Positions 35,205 to 45,263 are shown, numbered from the stretch's first letter. The stretch is DNA of 64,000 nt from Candidatus Woesearchaeota archaeon (GCA_002688315.1 NZCN01000015.1:2137-66136), one strand, 5' to 3'. The notes: a model not told the origin generated them from the letters alone. Program-made: numbers and translations.

Positions 35205-36172
35205 CTAAGTTTGACATAATAACAATAGGAGATGCATCTGAAGACGTATTCTTACAACTATTGGAAGCAGAAGTCCACTGCAATAAAGGCACAAATAAAT
35301 GCGAGTTGTGCATGATTTATGCTGACAAAATACCAATAGGAAGAGTTGACAGGCTTGTTGGAGGAAACTCAATAAACCTTGCAATTGGAATGAACAGGCT
35401 TGGTTTCAAAAGCGCTTTTGTTGTTGTTTTAGGAAACGACGAGCAAGGCAGTAAAGTAATGCAAGCGCTTAAGCAAAATAAAGTCAGCACAAAATACGTT
35501 CAAATAGATAAAAAATCCATGACAAATCACAGCACAATCCTCAACCTAAATGCTGAACGAACAATTTTAATATACCATGTTGACAGAAAATACAAGCTGC
35601 CTAAACTCGACAAGGCAAAATGGCTGTATTATTCCTCAATGGGGCATGGGTTTGAGGTCATTCACAAAGAACTGCTAAAATACCTAAAAAAATACAATGT
35701 AAAACTCGGATTTAATCCAGGAACACATCAACTGAGAAAAGCAAAATCGCTTAAAGAATTCTTCCTCTTGTCAGACGTCATATTACTGAATAAAGAAGAA
35801 GCACAATTGGTATTAAAAACAAAAAGCAACAATTTCAAAGAACTGCTCAAAGGGCTGAAAAAATTAGGAGCAAAAATTGCAGTTGTAACAGACGGACCAA
35901 AAGGCTCGTATGCTTATGACGGATCTGAATTTTATTTCCAGAATATTTATGACTGCCCTGTTGTTGAACGAACAGGCTGCGGTGACAGCTACTCTACAGG
36001 ATTCATCGCTGCGCTGATGTCTGGGCATGACATCAAAGAAGCAATGAGATGGGGAACAGTTAATGCTGCCTCAGTAATCCAGCAAATAGGACCACAGCCA
36101 GGCTTAATTAAGCTGGCAGAATTAAAGAAGATACTCAAATCTCATCCAAAATTCAAGCCAAGAAAATTCTGA
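35201..36172 (+). CDS. PfkB-family sugar kinase
   Basis: Contains GGNSINLA and the C-terminal signature ERTGCGDSYSTGF. It overlaps the transketolase C gene by 4 nt. Confidence 0.85.
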   Translation: MTKFDIITIGDASEDVFLQLLEAEVHCNKGTNKCELCMIYADKIPIGRVDRLVGGNSINLAIGMNRLGFKSAFVVVLGNDEQGSKVMQALKQNKVSTKYVQIDKKSMTNHSTILNLNAERTILIYHVDRKYKLPKLDKAKWLYYSSMGHGFEVIHKELLKYLKKYNVKLGFNPGTHQLRKAKSLKEFFLLSDVILLNKEEAQLVLKTKSNNFKELLKGLKKLGAKIAVVTDGPKGSYAYDGSEFYFQNIYDCPVVERTGCGDSYSTGFIAALMSGHDIKEAMRWGTVNAASVIQQIGPQPGLIKLAELKKILKSHPKFKPRKF

Positions 36173-36181
36173 AATGTAAAA

Positions 36182-37159
36182 ATGAAACCAAAAGTTTTCG
36201 TTTCAAGGGAAATTCCTTCTGTAGGCATAGACCTTCTAAAGAAAAAATGCGATGTTACAGTTAGCAAGAAAAACCGTGTTCTTACAAAAAAAGAATTGAT
36301 TTCAGGAGTTCGAGGAAAAGACGCGCTACTTTGTCTGTTAACTGATAAGATTGACCTTGCTGTAATGAAAGCAAGCAAAAAGCTAAAAGTTGTTGCAAAC
36401 TATGCTGTAGGGTTTGATAACATAGATGTAAAAGCAGCAACAAAACTAAAAATACCTGTAACAAACACACCAGGCGTTCTTACAGATGCAGTTGCCGACC
36501 ATGCTTGTGCTTTAATACTGAGTATTTCCAGAAGAATTGTAGAGTCAGACAAATTTGTTCGAGCAGAAAAATACAAATCATGGGAACCTCTGCTTATGCT
36601 TGGCAGCGACTTTAAAGGAAAAACCTTGGGGATTCTTGGGCTTGGAAGAATTGGCTCAGCAGTTGCTGAACGCATGGCAAAAGGTTTTGGCATGAAAATT
36701 CTTTACTATGACATTAAACGCAATCCAAAATTTGAAAAAAGCGTGAAGGCAAAGTATACAAACGTCAAGCAATTGTTGAAAAATTCTGATTATGTTTCAC
36801 TACATGTTCCTTTATTGCCTGCAACTAAACATTTGATTGGATTAAAAGAGCTTAAGATTATGAAAAAAACAGCTTACCTTATCAACACCTCAAGAGGCCC
36901 AATAGTTGATGAGAAAGAATTAGTAACTGCCTTAAAGAAAAAACAAATTGCCGGAGCCGCACTGGATGTTTTTGAAAAAGAACCAAAAACAATGCCTGGA
37001 TTGACAAAGCTGGATAATGTAATCTTAACTCCGCATACAGCTTCAGCAACAATTACAGCCAGAAACGCTATGTCAACCATAGCAGCAAAAAATGTGCTTG
37101 CTGTTTTAAGCAGTAAAAAAGCACCAAACATAGTTAATCCTGAAGTTTATCAGAAATGA
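36182..37159 (+). CDS. glyoxylate/hydroxypyruvate reductase-type 2-hydroxyacid dehydrogenase
   Basis: Contains GILGLGRIGSAVAER, LINTSRGPIVDE, and LDVFEKEP...TPHTASAT. Confidence 0.9.
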   Translation: MKPKVFVSREIPSVGIDLLKKKCDVTVSKKNRVLTKKELISGVRGKDALLCLLTDKIDLAVMKASKKLKVVANYAVGFDNIDVKAATKLKIPVTNTPGVLTDAVADHACALILSISRRIVESDKFVRAEKYKSWEPLLMLGSDFKGKTLGILGLGRIGSAVAERMAKGFGMKILYYDIKRNPKFEKSVKAKYTNVKQLLKNSDYVSLHVPLLPATKHLIGLKELKIMKKTAYLINTSRGPIVDEKELVTALKKKQIAGAALDVFEKEPKTMPGLTKLDNVILTPHTASATITARNAMSTIAAKNVLAVLSSKKAPNIVNPEVYQK

Positions 37160-38031
37160 AAAAATATATTGGCATAGACGTAGGAGGAACCAAAATTGAA
37201 GGAGTTCTAGTCAATGAAAATCTAAAAGTTATCAAACATGCTAAAACACCAACTGAAACCACCAAAAGCAGAACTGCTTTAATTGAAAAAATAATCAAAG
37301 TCGTAAATGAGCTTAAAACAAGCAATGTTTATGGCTTGGGAATAGGAGTTCCTGGCTTTGCTAACCAAGAAGGAAAGATAAAACTTACGCCAAATATCAC
37401 TCAATTCGAAAATTTTAATCTGAAGAAAGCTTTAGAGAAAAAATTAAAGCATAAAATCTTGATTGGGAATGATGCTAACCTCTTTACTCTTGCAGAGCAA
37501 CGCGCAGGAGCTGCCAGAGGAATGAAAAATGTCCTTGGCTTGACCTTAGGAACAGGCGTAGGAGGAGGAGCAATCATTGATGGAAAATTATATAGAGGAA
37601 AAAGCGGAGGAGCAGCTCATTTCGGGCAAATAATAATAGACAAAAGCGGAATGAAATGCTGGTGCGGATTAAAAGGAGACTTAGAATCATGGTGCGGCGG
37701 AAGATACATGGAAAAAAACTACAAAGCGTTAACTGAGAAAAACAAGACAGCACGTGAAATTTTTGAATCAAATGAAAAAATTGCAAAAAAAATAGTTGAA
37801 AATTTTTATGAAAAACTCAGCATTGGAATAGCGAATCTAATCTATACCTTCAATCCTGAATGTATTGTTTTAGGAGGAAGCATAAGCAACAGAGTAAATA
37901 TTATCAGTCTAAAGAAAGCAATAGGAAAATACACGCATAAAACACTTGTTAAAGATGTTAAAATTTTAAAAAACAAGCTAGGCAATTCTGCAGGAATGTA
38001 TGGAGCAGCATTCTTAGCTATGAACCACTAA
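37156..38031 (+). CDS. ROK-family sugar kinase (glucokinase-like)
   Basis: Contains GIDVGGTKI, GNDANLFTLAE and the zinc motif CWCGLKGDLESWC. Confidence 0.88.
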   Translation: MKKYIGIDVGGTKIEGVLVNENLKVIKHAKTPTETTKSRTALIEKIIKVVNELKTSNVYGLGIGVPGFANQEGKIKLTPNITQFENFNLKKALEKKLKHKILIGNDANLFTLAEQRAGAARGMKNVLGLTLGTGVGGGAIIDGKLYRGKSGGAAHFGQIIIDKSGMKCWCGLKGDLESWCGGRYMEKNYKALTEKNKTAREIFESNEKIAKKIVENFYEKLSIGIANLIYTFNPECIVLGGSISNRVNIISLKKAIGKYTHKTLVKDVKILKNKLGNSAGMYGAAFLAMNH

Positions 38032-38147
38032 GCTTCTTCATATCCTTTCAGAAAACCAGCCTCATTGGCATTTATTTCATCATTATCCAATTCTTCAATT
38101 TCCAAGTCCCCTATCGATAACAAATCTTCTTCAATTTCATCAGGCAT
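38028..38147 (-). CDS. candidate small acidic protein (39 aa)
   Basis: Hand translation gives MPDEIEEDLLSIGDLEIEELDNDEINANEAGFLKGYEEA. It is preceded by the SD-like GGGAGAGTGA. Support is weak. Confidence 0.25.
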   Translation of the reverse strand: MPDEIEEDLLSIGDLEIEELDNDEINANEAGFLKGYEEA

Positions 38148-38372
38148 ACGATCACTCTCCCAAAAGTTAATTTTCTTAATAAAAAGCGAACAAGAAAGTA
38201 AATTATATAATTAACCGTTATAATTTATAAAATGTTTAAATATTTATAAAAATAGCAAGATTTAAATAAAAGCTAAATATCTTGAAGTATATTGACTGAT
38301 TTATATAATTGCTATAAAACAGTAAAAGAAATTTAAATCCGATATAAGATTATAAAAGAGAGGGGGTTTATT

Positions 38373-39290
38373 ATGAAAAGAAAAGTAATCCAGATAGCAG
38401 GCTCAACACAACTAGTTTCTCTGCCAAGACAATGGGCTAAGAAGAATAACCTGATTAAAGGGCAGGAGATTGAAGTTATTGAAAATGGTAACAAAGTAAT
38501 AGTCACTACCGAAGCAAATCCGGAAAAAAGAAAGATAACAGTTGATGTCAGTAACTTAATGCCAAAAATGGCAGATAGGCTTCTAACAAGAGCTTACCAA
38601 CAAGGGTATGATGAACTAACAATAAAGTTTGATAAGATAGAATCAGGAATAGCATTGCAAAACAAAATAAGAGAATTGCTGGGATTTGACATTTTTGAGC
38701 AAACAGAAAACGAAATGGTGATAAAAAGCATATCTTCAAAATTAGATGTTGATTTTGAATCTTCTTTAAGAAAAGCTTTTTTGATAGCATTAGACATCAG
38801 CCAGATTTGCGTGACTGCTTTCAAAAAAGAAGACAAAAAAACGCTTGAAAACCTTCATTACAGAGATCTTGAGTTAAACAAGTTTTGCTACTTTTGCCTC
38901 AGAGCAATAAACAAAGGGCAGTATGATGAATATGACAAGTACATTCTTTATTACATCATAGAAACCTTGGAAGATGTTGGAGATGCTTACAAAGAATTAA
39001 TTAGTACTCTTTTAAAAATTTCTCCAAAATCAAAAATGGTCAACATTCTTGAAAAAATCAATGAAGTGCTAAGGCTTAGCTATCAATTTTTCTATAAACC
39101 AGAAAAAGAATATGCTTTCGAGGCTTATGAAAAATTGCAAAAAACAAAAAAACTGGTAGAAAATGCGCTAACAAGTTCATCTATAGATGAAATAAAAACA
39201 CTAATGGTATTTGACAACATACTAAAACTTATCTATCACTTTAGCACTATGAGACTTGACAAGTTAAAAGAGTTAAAAGAAATAAAGTGA
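38373..39290 (+). CDS. AbrB/SpoVT-domain plus PhoU-domain regulator (phosphate uptake regulator-like)
   Basis: The N-terminal swapped-hairpin motif is KVIQIAGSTQLVSLPRQWAKKNNL. The remainder is helical and PhoU-like. An SD-like GAGGGGG precedes the ATG. Confidence 0.75.
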   Translation: MKRKVIQIAGSTQLVSLPRQWAKKNNLIKGQEIEVIENGNKVIVTTEANPEKRKITVDVSNLMPKMADRLLTRAYQQGYDELTIKFDKIESGIALQNKIRELLGFDIFEQTENEMVIKSISSKLDVDFESSLRKAFLIALDISQICVTAFKKEDKKTLENLHYRDLELNKFCYFCLRAINKGQYDEYDKYILYYIIETLEDVGDAYKELISTLLKISPKSKMVNILEKINEVLRLSYQFFYKPEKEYAFEAYEKLQKTKKLVENALTSSSIDEIKTLMVFDNILKLIYHFSTMRLDKLKELKEIK

Positions 39291-39315
39291 TTAAATCATT
39301 GCTGAGCTACAGATA

Positions 39316-40767
39316 CTACCAATTAAATCGGGTATACTGTGACTGTGGTCGATTTTTCATTATGATAGACCCAGAAGGCGCACCATAAAGTGCCAACTTA
39401 ACACGTTGAGGGTCGCCTCCAACCAATTGAACACGGGAAGGGGTTGATCCTCTCTCAAGATCGTCCAACCCATTAGATTCTAAGACATGTCCGCCTTCCA
39501 ATCTTTTTCTATCTGCACTCCAACCTTCTGTGCTGATATTATTACGAAACTGATTTGTAGAAACTCTTTTTATAGGAACAGCATCGCCTCGAAATTGCTC
39601 AGGAAGACCTTCAATCGCTTCTGTTGGCAAATTAGGATCTCTGCTGTAAATCCCATCTGGCGTGTATTTCATAAATATAGCCGGACCACCTAAAGCTCTG
39701 GCAACTGAAATCGACAGTTTATCTGATTGGTTAGGATCAATAGGTTCTGGCACGCCTTTCCCTTGTCTAGCAGGCATACTTAATATAATAGGAATATATC
39801 CCAGCCAATCGCTTTGAGCTGCAGCAACAACGTCCCATGCATTAATTCTGCCTTCAGGCAAATCAGGCCCTTCTTCTCCGATTATACGAACAGGCAAATC
39901 AGGATGGCGACTAGTAATGATTTGCTTAACTAATGCGGCTGCTTGCCCATATGCGCCCCATCCTATATCAGTGGCATTATCACCAATGCTTGCAAGGACA
40001 CCTTTATACGGTTCACCAAATAAACCAGAGCCTACTGTTAAAACAGGATTATTGCCGTTTTTATAAAAATCAACTATAACATCAGTCATTTCTCCAAAAA
40101 TTTCTACTGCAACTGCATCTCCTCGAGCAAAAAGATCCAAATAACTCCCACCGACTTTTAAAGATCGCGATATTGGAACATTAGGATCTGGTCTACGTCT
40201 TCCAGACATTTCTAAATCTCTTCTGTAAAATCCATGCACTAAAGCATCGACAGAAGCAATATCATCAGGCATATAAGCTTCCCTTGATGGCAAAAATCTT
40301 TCAATTTTTTCCACAATACTCTTGGCAAGATCATCAACAGTATCTTCTAAAAGAGGAACAGGTACGCCTAAATAAGGTGTAAGGTCAAAAACAGGCAGGT
40401 CAGGGTGCTTCATTAGATCTTGAACCCATGTGCGGCTTTTGCGGCCTTCTCCTCTTTGCATGTCAGGACCAACAATGGTTTGTACACCAAGGTAACCGTG
40501 AGCTCTTAATAATTCAACCAAATCAACAGCTGTTGGAACCGTTGCCACAGAAGGTGTTTCAGGGCCCAAGTTAGACTCGCCGAGCTTGAACTCCAAAGAA
40601 CGAGCTAGATATCCAAAGCCAGGTCGTCTATCTGTAACAACAACTATAGTTGGGGTAAGTGTTTGCACTATACCGTCAACTGAATAAAACTGATTATCTG
40701 AATAGGCTTTATCGTTCATTGTGAAAAAGTCTGAAAGGGGATTAGGTCTTGCAGTAGACAATGTCAT
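39316..40767 (-). CDS. unknown N-terminal domain fused to an amino-acid-kinase (AAK) fold domain
   Basis: From about residue 213: LKVGGSYLD..., VLTVGSGLFGE, ...PAIFMKYTPDGIYSRDPN follows the AAK/UMP-kinase pattern. The composition is Pro/Asp/Gly/Arg-rich and Lys-poor, and the DNA is visibly GC-richer. An SD GAGGT lies upstream. Confidence 0.6.
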   Translation of the reverse strand: MTLSTARPNPLSDFFTMNDKAYSDNQFYSVDGIVQTLTPTIVVVTDRRPGFGYLARSLEFKLGESNLGPETPSVATVPTAVDLVELLRAHGYLGVQTIVGPDMQRGEGRKSRTWVQDLMKHPDLPVFDLTPYLGVPVPLLEDTVDDLAKSIVEKIERFLPSREAYMPDDIASVDALVHGFYRRDLEMSGRRRPDPNVPISRSLKVGGSYLDLFARGDAVAVEIFGEMTDVIVDFYKNGNNPVLTVGSGLFGEPYKGVLASIGDNATDIGWGAYGQAAALVKQIITSRHPDLPVRIIGEEGPDLPEGRINAWDVVAAAQSDWLGYIPIILSMPARQGKGVPEPIDPNQSDKLSISVARALGGPAIFMKYTPDGIYSRDPNLPTEAIEGLPEQFRGDAVPIKRVSTNQFRNNISTEGWSADRKRLEGGHVLESNGLDDLERGSTPSRVQLVGGDPQRVKLALYGAPSGSIIMKNRPQSQYTRFNW

Positions 40768-40984
40768 GTAACAATTACCTCGTCGTATAAATCATTAAAT
40801 TCAATATTAAAAATGGAATTATTCACTATTTTTAAAGCTTATTATTTTTTGTTAAATACATTTTTTTATAAATTTTTTACAGTTCTAACTACTTATAAAC
40901 CAGTAGCAAATATCTATATTTAAAGGTAATGTATATACTATATCTAGATAACGCCTATGTATAGAAAATAAAAAATAGGTTTAA

Positions 40985-42175
40985 TTATGCTAATTCGCAC
41001 TCTTTCTTCAGCGTTTCAGCCATGTCAGTTTTTTCCCAGGTAAAGTCAGGGTCATCCCTGCCGAAGTGGCCGTACGCAGAAGTTTTCTGGTAGATTGGGC
41101 GGCGCAAGTTAAGCTGTTCAATGATTGATTTTGGCCTGAAATCAAAGTGCTTGTTAACTAATTCCACTATTTTTTCTTCAGGCATTTTATTTGTTTTAAA
41201 TGTGTTAACAAAAATGCCAAGTGGCTTGGCAACACCAATAGAGTAAGCAACCTGGATTTCACACTTATCAGCCAAACCAGCAGCAACAATATTCTTAGCT
41301 ACATAGCGAGCATAATAAGAAGCACTGCGATCAACTTTTGTAATGCATTTTCCAGAGAAGGCACCCCCGCCATGTGCGCCAACCCCCCCATAGGTATCTA
41401 CAATAATTTTCCTACCAGTTAAGCCAGCATCCGCAGGAGGTCCACCTAAAATAAATCTTCCTGTGGAATTGATGAAAATTTTAGTGTTTTCATCTAACCA
41501 ATCTCCACAAACAGGTTTGACGACTTTTTCTTTAATGTCTACTTGAAGCTGTTCTGTGCCAACATCAGCAGAATGATGAGCTGCGATAACAACTGCTTCT
41601 GCTCTTTTAGCTTTGCCATCTTTGTATTCAATAGTCACTTGAGATTTTCCATCGGGTCTTAAGTAAGGCAACTCTCCTGATTTCCTAACTTCAGCCAGTT
41701 TCATTGTTAGTTTATGAGCTAAAGTTATAGGCAAAGGCATTAATTCTGGCGTTTCATTACAAGCGTAACCAAACATCAAACCCTGATCTCCGGCACCCTG
41801 CTCCTTAAAATCTCCTTTGCCTTCTTCTACACCTTGAGCAATATCTGGAGACTGCTCATGTAACGTTACGATTACCCCAACGTCATCACAGCAGAAGCCG
41901 TATTCTGACTTGTCATAGCCAATGTTTTTTAGTATTTTCCTAACAGTAGCTTGAATATCAACATAGGATTTGGTTTTAGCTTCTCCACCAACTAAAACCA
42001 AGCCTGTTGTAGTGAAGCACTCAATCCCGGCATGCGTATCCATGTTTTTGTCAATTTCCAAATCTTGCTTTAGCATTTCATCGTATATGCCGTCTGATAT
42101 TTGGTCACAAACTTTGTCGGCGTGCCCTTCAGTAACGCTTTCAGATGTAAAAAATTGTTTGTTGTTATTAGTCAT
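40985..42175 (-). CDS. metK: S-adenosylmethionine synthetase, bacterial/eukaryotic MetK type
   Basis: [41 protein letters not shown] and [20 protein letters not shown] align along the whole length with E. coli MetK as I recall it. Confidence 0.96.
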   Translation of the reverse strand: MTNNNKQFFTSESVTEGHADKVCDQISDGIYDEMLKQDLEIDKNMDTHAGIECFTTTGLVLVGGEAKTKSYVDIQATVRKILKNIGYDKSEYGFCCDDVGVIVTLHEQSPDIAQGVEEGKGDFKEQGAGDQGLMFGYACNETPELMPLPITLAHKLTMKLAEVRKSGELPYLRPDGKSQVTIEYKDGKAKRAEAVVIAAHHSADVGTEQLQVDIKEKVVKPVCGDWLDENTKIFINSTGRFILGGPPADAGLTGRKIIVDTYGGVGAHGGGAFSGKCITKVDRSASYYARYVAKNIVAAGLADKCEIQVAYSIGVAKPLGIFVNTFKTNKMPEEKIVELVNKHFDFRPKSIIEQLNLRRPIYQKTSAYGHFGRDDPDFTWEKTDMAETLKKECELA

Positions 42176-42305
42176 TTTTTCTTGCCTCCATTTTTAACAT
42201 TATTGCGAAATGTTCGTTTATAAACAATCCTGAAAGAAATATTCTTATGAGAATAAATAACAGCAATCAAATAGATTTATATACGTAAATGAAATTTAGA
42301 AGACT

Positions 42306-42842
42306 ATGCCAATACTCTCACCCAGGTTCACTGAAAGTTATCTTGGAGAATTTGTTTATGGTGCAATAGATGGAGCTATAACCACTTTTGCGATTGTTGC
42401 AGGCGCTGCAGGCGCAAATTTATCTTCTTCAATTGTTTTGATACTTGGCTTTGCAAATTTGTTTGCAGACGGCTTTTCAATGGCTGCAAGCAACTATCTC
42501 AGCACAAAGACAAAACTGGAAATTCTTTCCAAAAAAGGGCATGAGCATCCTGAAGTAAGGCCTACAAAAACAGCAGTGGTTACGTTTGGCTCATTTTTTG
42601 CAATAGGATTCATCCCATTGATATCATACGTAGCAGGATTATTTTTTCCTGCAATAAAAGACAACCAATTTGAAATAGCAATAGTTCTTACAGGACTTGC
42701 ATTCTTTACAGTAGGATCTATTAAAGCCAAAGTTGCTAAAAAAAGCTTGGTAAGTTCAACAACTGAAACATTGCTTCTTGGCGGAGCTGCTGCAACAATA
42801 GCTTACTTTGTAGGGGCATTCCTTAGAAGCATTGTTGGGTAA
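42306..42842 (+). CDS. VIT1/CCC1-family iron/manganese transporter
   Basis: Contains GAIDGAITTFAIVAGAAGA and ADGFSMAASNYLS, with C-terminal TM helices. Confidence 0.85.
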   Translation: MPILSPRFTESYLGEFVYGAIDGAITTFAIVAGAAGANLSSSIVLILGFANLFADGFSMAASNYLSTKTKLEILSKKGHEHPEVRPTKTAVVTFGSFFAIGFIPLISYVAGLFFPAIKDNQFEIAIVLTGLAFFTVGSIKAKVAKKSLVSSTTETLLLGGAAATIAYFVGAFLRSIVG

Positions 42843-42886
42843 AGAATAATTAAGATTTATAAAGAAGAACAGATTCAACAATTGTA

Positions 42887-43294
42887 ATGGGAAACAATCC
42901 AAATCCTAAACTAATAGATTTAGGAATAAGAACAATTGTAGAGCAATTTAATAAGCTATCTTTCATTCAAACACTAGGTTCTTGTTCAGGCCATCCGCTC
43001 TGGGAGAGTAATGAGCAATATGGACGACCGTATATAGAATACCGTGCATATGAAAACGAAGCGTATACATTTACACAAAGCCTCATAGATGAAGTGCGGA
43101 GAAGACAAGGCTTAGATGCTTCTGTAGTGCCAAAGGGAGAATTACACGGAGAAAATAGAATAATTTTCGCTGCATATCAATCAGGAATATTTGCTGACAG
43201 AGAAAGTATTAGAAAACACGTGGAAACTTTTTGGGAAGACGTACAGGTATCACTGCAAGAAATAATTGAAAGAGACTATGCGCGACAGGAATAA
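42887..43294 (+). CDS. hypothetical protein (135 aa)
   Basis: Clean ORF, Lys-poor. No motif recognised. Confidence 0.45.
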   Translation: MGNNPNPKLIDLGIRTIVEQFNKLSFIQTLGSCSGHPLWESNEQYGRPYIEYRAYENEAYTFTQSLIDEVRRRQGLDASVVPKGELHGENRIIFAAYQSGIFADRESIRKHVETFWEDVQVSLQEIIERDYARQE

Positions 43295-43385
43295 GAAACA
43301 TCTGCGTATAAATAACAATTCGTTTCTAATATGATAGAACTGGTATCAAAAGGTTTTTAAACAAACATTCCAGTAATAAGCTAGG

Positions 43386-44090
43386 ATGGCAAGAGTAAGG
43401 AGAAAAGGGGTTTGCATAATTTGTTCTAGAAAACTTGAGCGACGTAATCTTTATCTTGGAAAAGTAATGCGCCAAGGAGTTTATGAGCTTGTAAAAAACA
43501 AAAACAAAGAGTTTGGAGAAAAAAGCAAACTATGCGGGAAATGTTTGAGCGAAACCAGAGCAGAATACATTATAGGCACGCTAAAGGATGAAGAAGCAGA
43601 CATCAGCCATTTAGAAAAAGACGTTCTCACAAGTATAAAAAAGCAAGACACAATAACAAGAAATATTTACAAAGATTACAGGAAAAAACTGAAAATTTCT
43701 GATGCAATTTCTGACAAACTGGCAGAGTTTGGAGGAAGCTGGACATTCATAATAATGTTTGGTCTTTTCCTTGCAGGATGGATTATGGTTAATATCTATT
43801 TGCTTTCTCAAAAACCATTTGATCCTTACCCATTCATACTTCTAAATTTGATACTTTCCACTTTGGCAGCAATACAAGCACCAATAATCATGATGAGCCA
43901 GAACAGGCAGGAATCACGCGATAGATTAAGATCAGAGCACGACTACAAAATAAACTTGAAAGCAGAACTTGAAATAAGATACTTGCATGAGAAGATTGAC
44001 CTGCTGCTTAAGAATCATTGGAACAGACTGCTGCAAATACAACAAATGCAAGTAGACGTTCTCGAAGAAATAAAAAAGAGAAAGAAGTAA
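43386..44090 (+). CDS. DUF1003-family membrane protein with N-terminal zinc-ribbon-like region
   Basis: Contains FGGSWTFIIMF..., DPYPFILLNLILSTLAAIQAPIIMMSQNRQESRDR and DYKINLKAELEI. Confidence 0.8.
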   Translation: MARVRRKGVCIICSRKLERRNLYLGKVMRQGVYELVKNKNKEFGEKSKLCGKCLSETRAEYIIGTLKDEEADISHLEKDVLTSIKKQDTITRNIYKDYRKKLKISDAISDKLAEFGGSWTFIIMFGLFLAGWIMVNIYLLSQKPFDPYPFILLNLILSTLAAIQAPIIMMSQNRQESRDRLRSEHDYKINLKAELEIRYLHEKIDLLLKNHWNRLLQIQQMQVDVLEEIKKRKK

Positions 44091-44125
44091 AAATTTAAAA
44101 ACAAACTCCAAGTTGCTTATCTTCT

Positions 44126-44494
44126 ATGGCGGATATAGAAACAGTAGTAGCAGAACAAGAACTAGGTGTTTTTTTAGCTGGCAAAATAGTTGGAGAATAC
44201 TTATTTTATATATTAAGCATGCCTACCCCTGATAAAGTTTTAGGGATTATCGTCCAGGGAAAACCACAATCTTATTATCCTTGGAGAAAGAATAGAGAAA
44301 TAAAGTTTAGACGAATTAGTGATTCACCGATAGTTTCACAACGAAGATTAGTTGATGTTCATGACTTTAGAGGGTCATCTATTGATTTCTTTGAGGCAGA
44401 AATCGATGAAAGCGAGCTTATTCCAGCTGAACACATCCCCAACCCAACTAGAAATTTCAGACGGTATCACTCTTTGATTAATTCTTCTTTCTAA
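44126..44494 (+). CDS. hypothetical protein (122 aa)
   Basis: ORF with a convergent 17-nt overlap with lgt. No motif recognised. Confidence 0.4.
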   Translation: MADIETVVAEQELGVFLAGKIVGEYLFYILSMPTPDKVLGIIVQGKPQSYYPWRKNREIKFRRISDSPIVSQRRLVDVHDFRGSSIDFFEAEIDESELIPAEHIPNPTRNFRRYHSLINSSF

Positions 44495-45233
44495 CCAGCT
44501 TATACAGCATATAACCGCCAATCACAAACATTGGCAGGCTCCAGACTTGGCCCCAAGTTAGATTAAGCAGATATGGCGGAAGGTCTTTGTAGAATTCTAG
44601 AGAAAAGCGAAATCCGCCGTATAATGTTATGAACATCCAAAACAGCATGCCTCTTGGAAGCTTGTGTGTTTTTACGTGCCACAGTACTGCAAATATAAGG
44701 AAGTTTTTTGCTGACTCATAAAGCTGTACAGGATGCCTGAAGCCTTCAACACCCTGAAATTGCACAGCCCATGGAAGATTAGTTACTGTGCCGTAAAACT
44801 CTCCGTTGATAAAATTAGCAATGCGTCCAAGGCCAAGAGCAAAAGCAAGAGGTATGGCTGTCAAATCTGCCACATCATAAAAACTAATGTTTTTTCTTTT
44901 GCTGTAATAATATCCTGCTATTACCAGCCCAATTAAGCCTCCGTGAAAAGCCAAACCTCCATTCCAAACTGCAAATATTTGCAAAGGATTTGCAGCGTAG
45001 AAGCTGAAATCGGAAATAACACTGCCAAGCCTTGCCCCAACCAAAACGCCAACAACACCATAAAGAATATAGTCATCAAAGTCCTTGTTTGAAAGAGGCA
45101 GTTGACGCTTTTTAGCAAGATGCTTAAAAATAAGATAAGTTAGAAAAATACCAAAAACAAAAATAAGCCCGTAATATCGGATTTGAAACGGCCCCAAACC
45201 TATGAGAACAGGGTCTATATTGTGATAGAACAT
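44478..45233 (-). CDS. lgt: prolipoprotein diacylglyceryl transferase
   Basis: Contains YYGLIFVFG, WNGGLAFHGGLIG, GRIANFINGEFYG, FRHPVQLYES, YGGFRFSLEF and WGQVWSLPM. These are all the hallmark Lgt blocks. Confidence 0.92.
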   Translation of the reverse strand: MFYHNIDPVLIGLGPFQIRYYGLIFVFGIFLTYLIFKHLAKKRQLPLSNKDFDDYILYGVVGVLVGARLGSVISDFSFYAANPLQIFAVWNGGLAFHGGLIGLVIAGYYYSKRKNISFYDVADLTAIPLAFALGLGRIANFINGEFYGTVTNLPWAVQFQGVEGFRHPVQLYESAKNFLIFAVLWHVKTHKLPRGMLFWMFITLYGGFRFSLEFYKDLPPYLLNLTWGQVWSLPMFVIGGYMLYKLVRKKN

Positions 45234-45263
45234 TTTAACCAGTTAACAATAAAAAAAGCGGGA

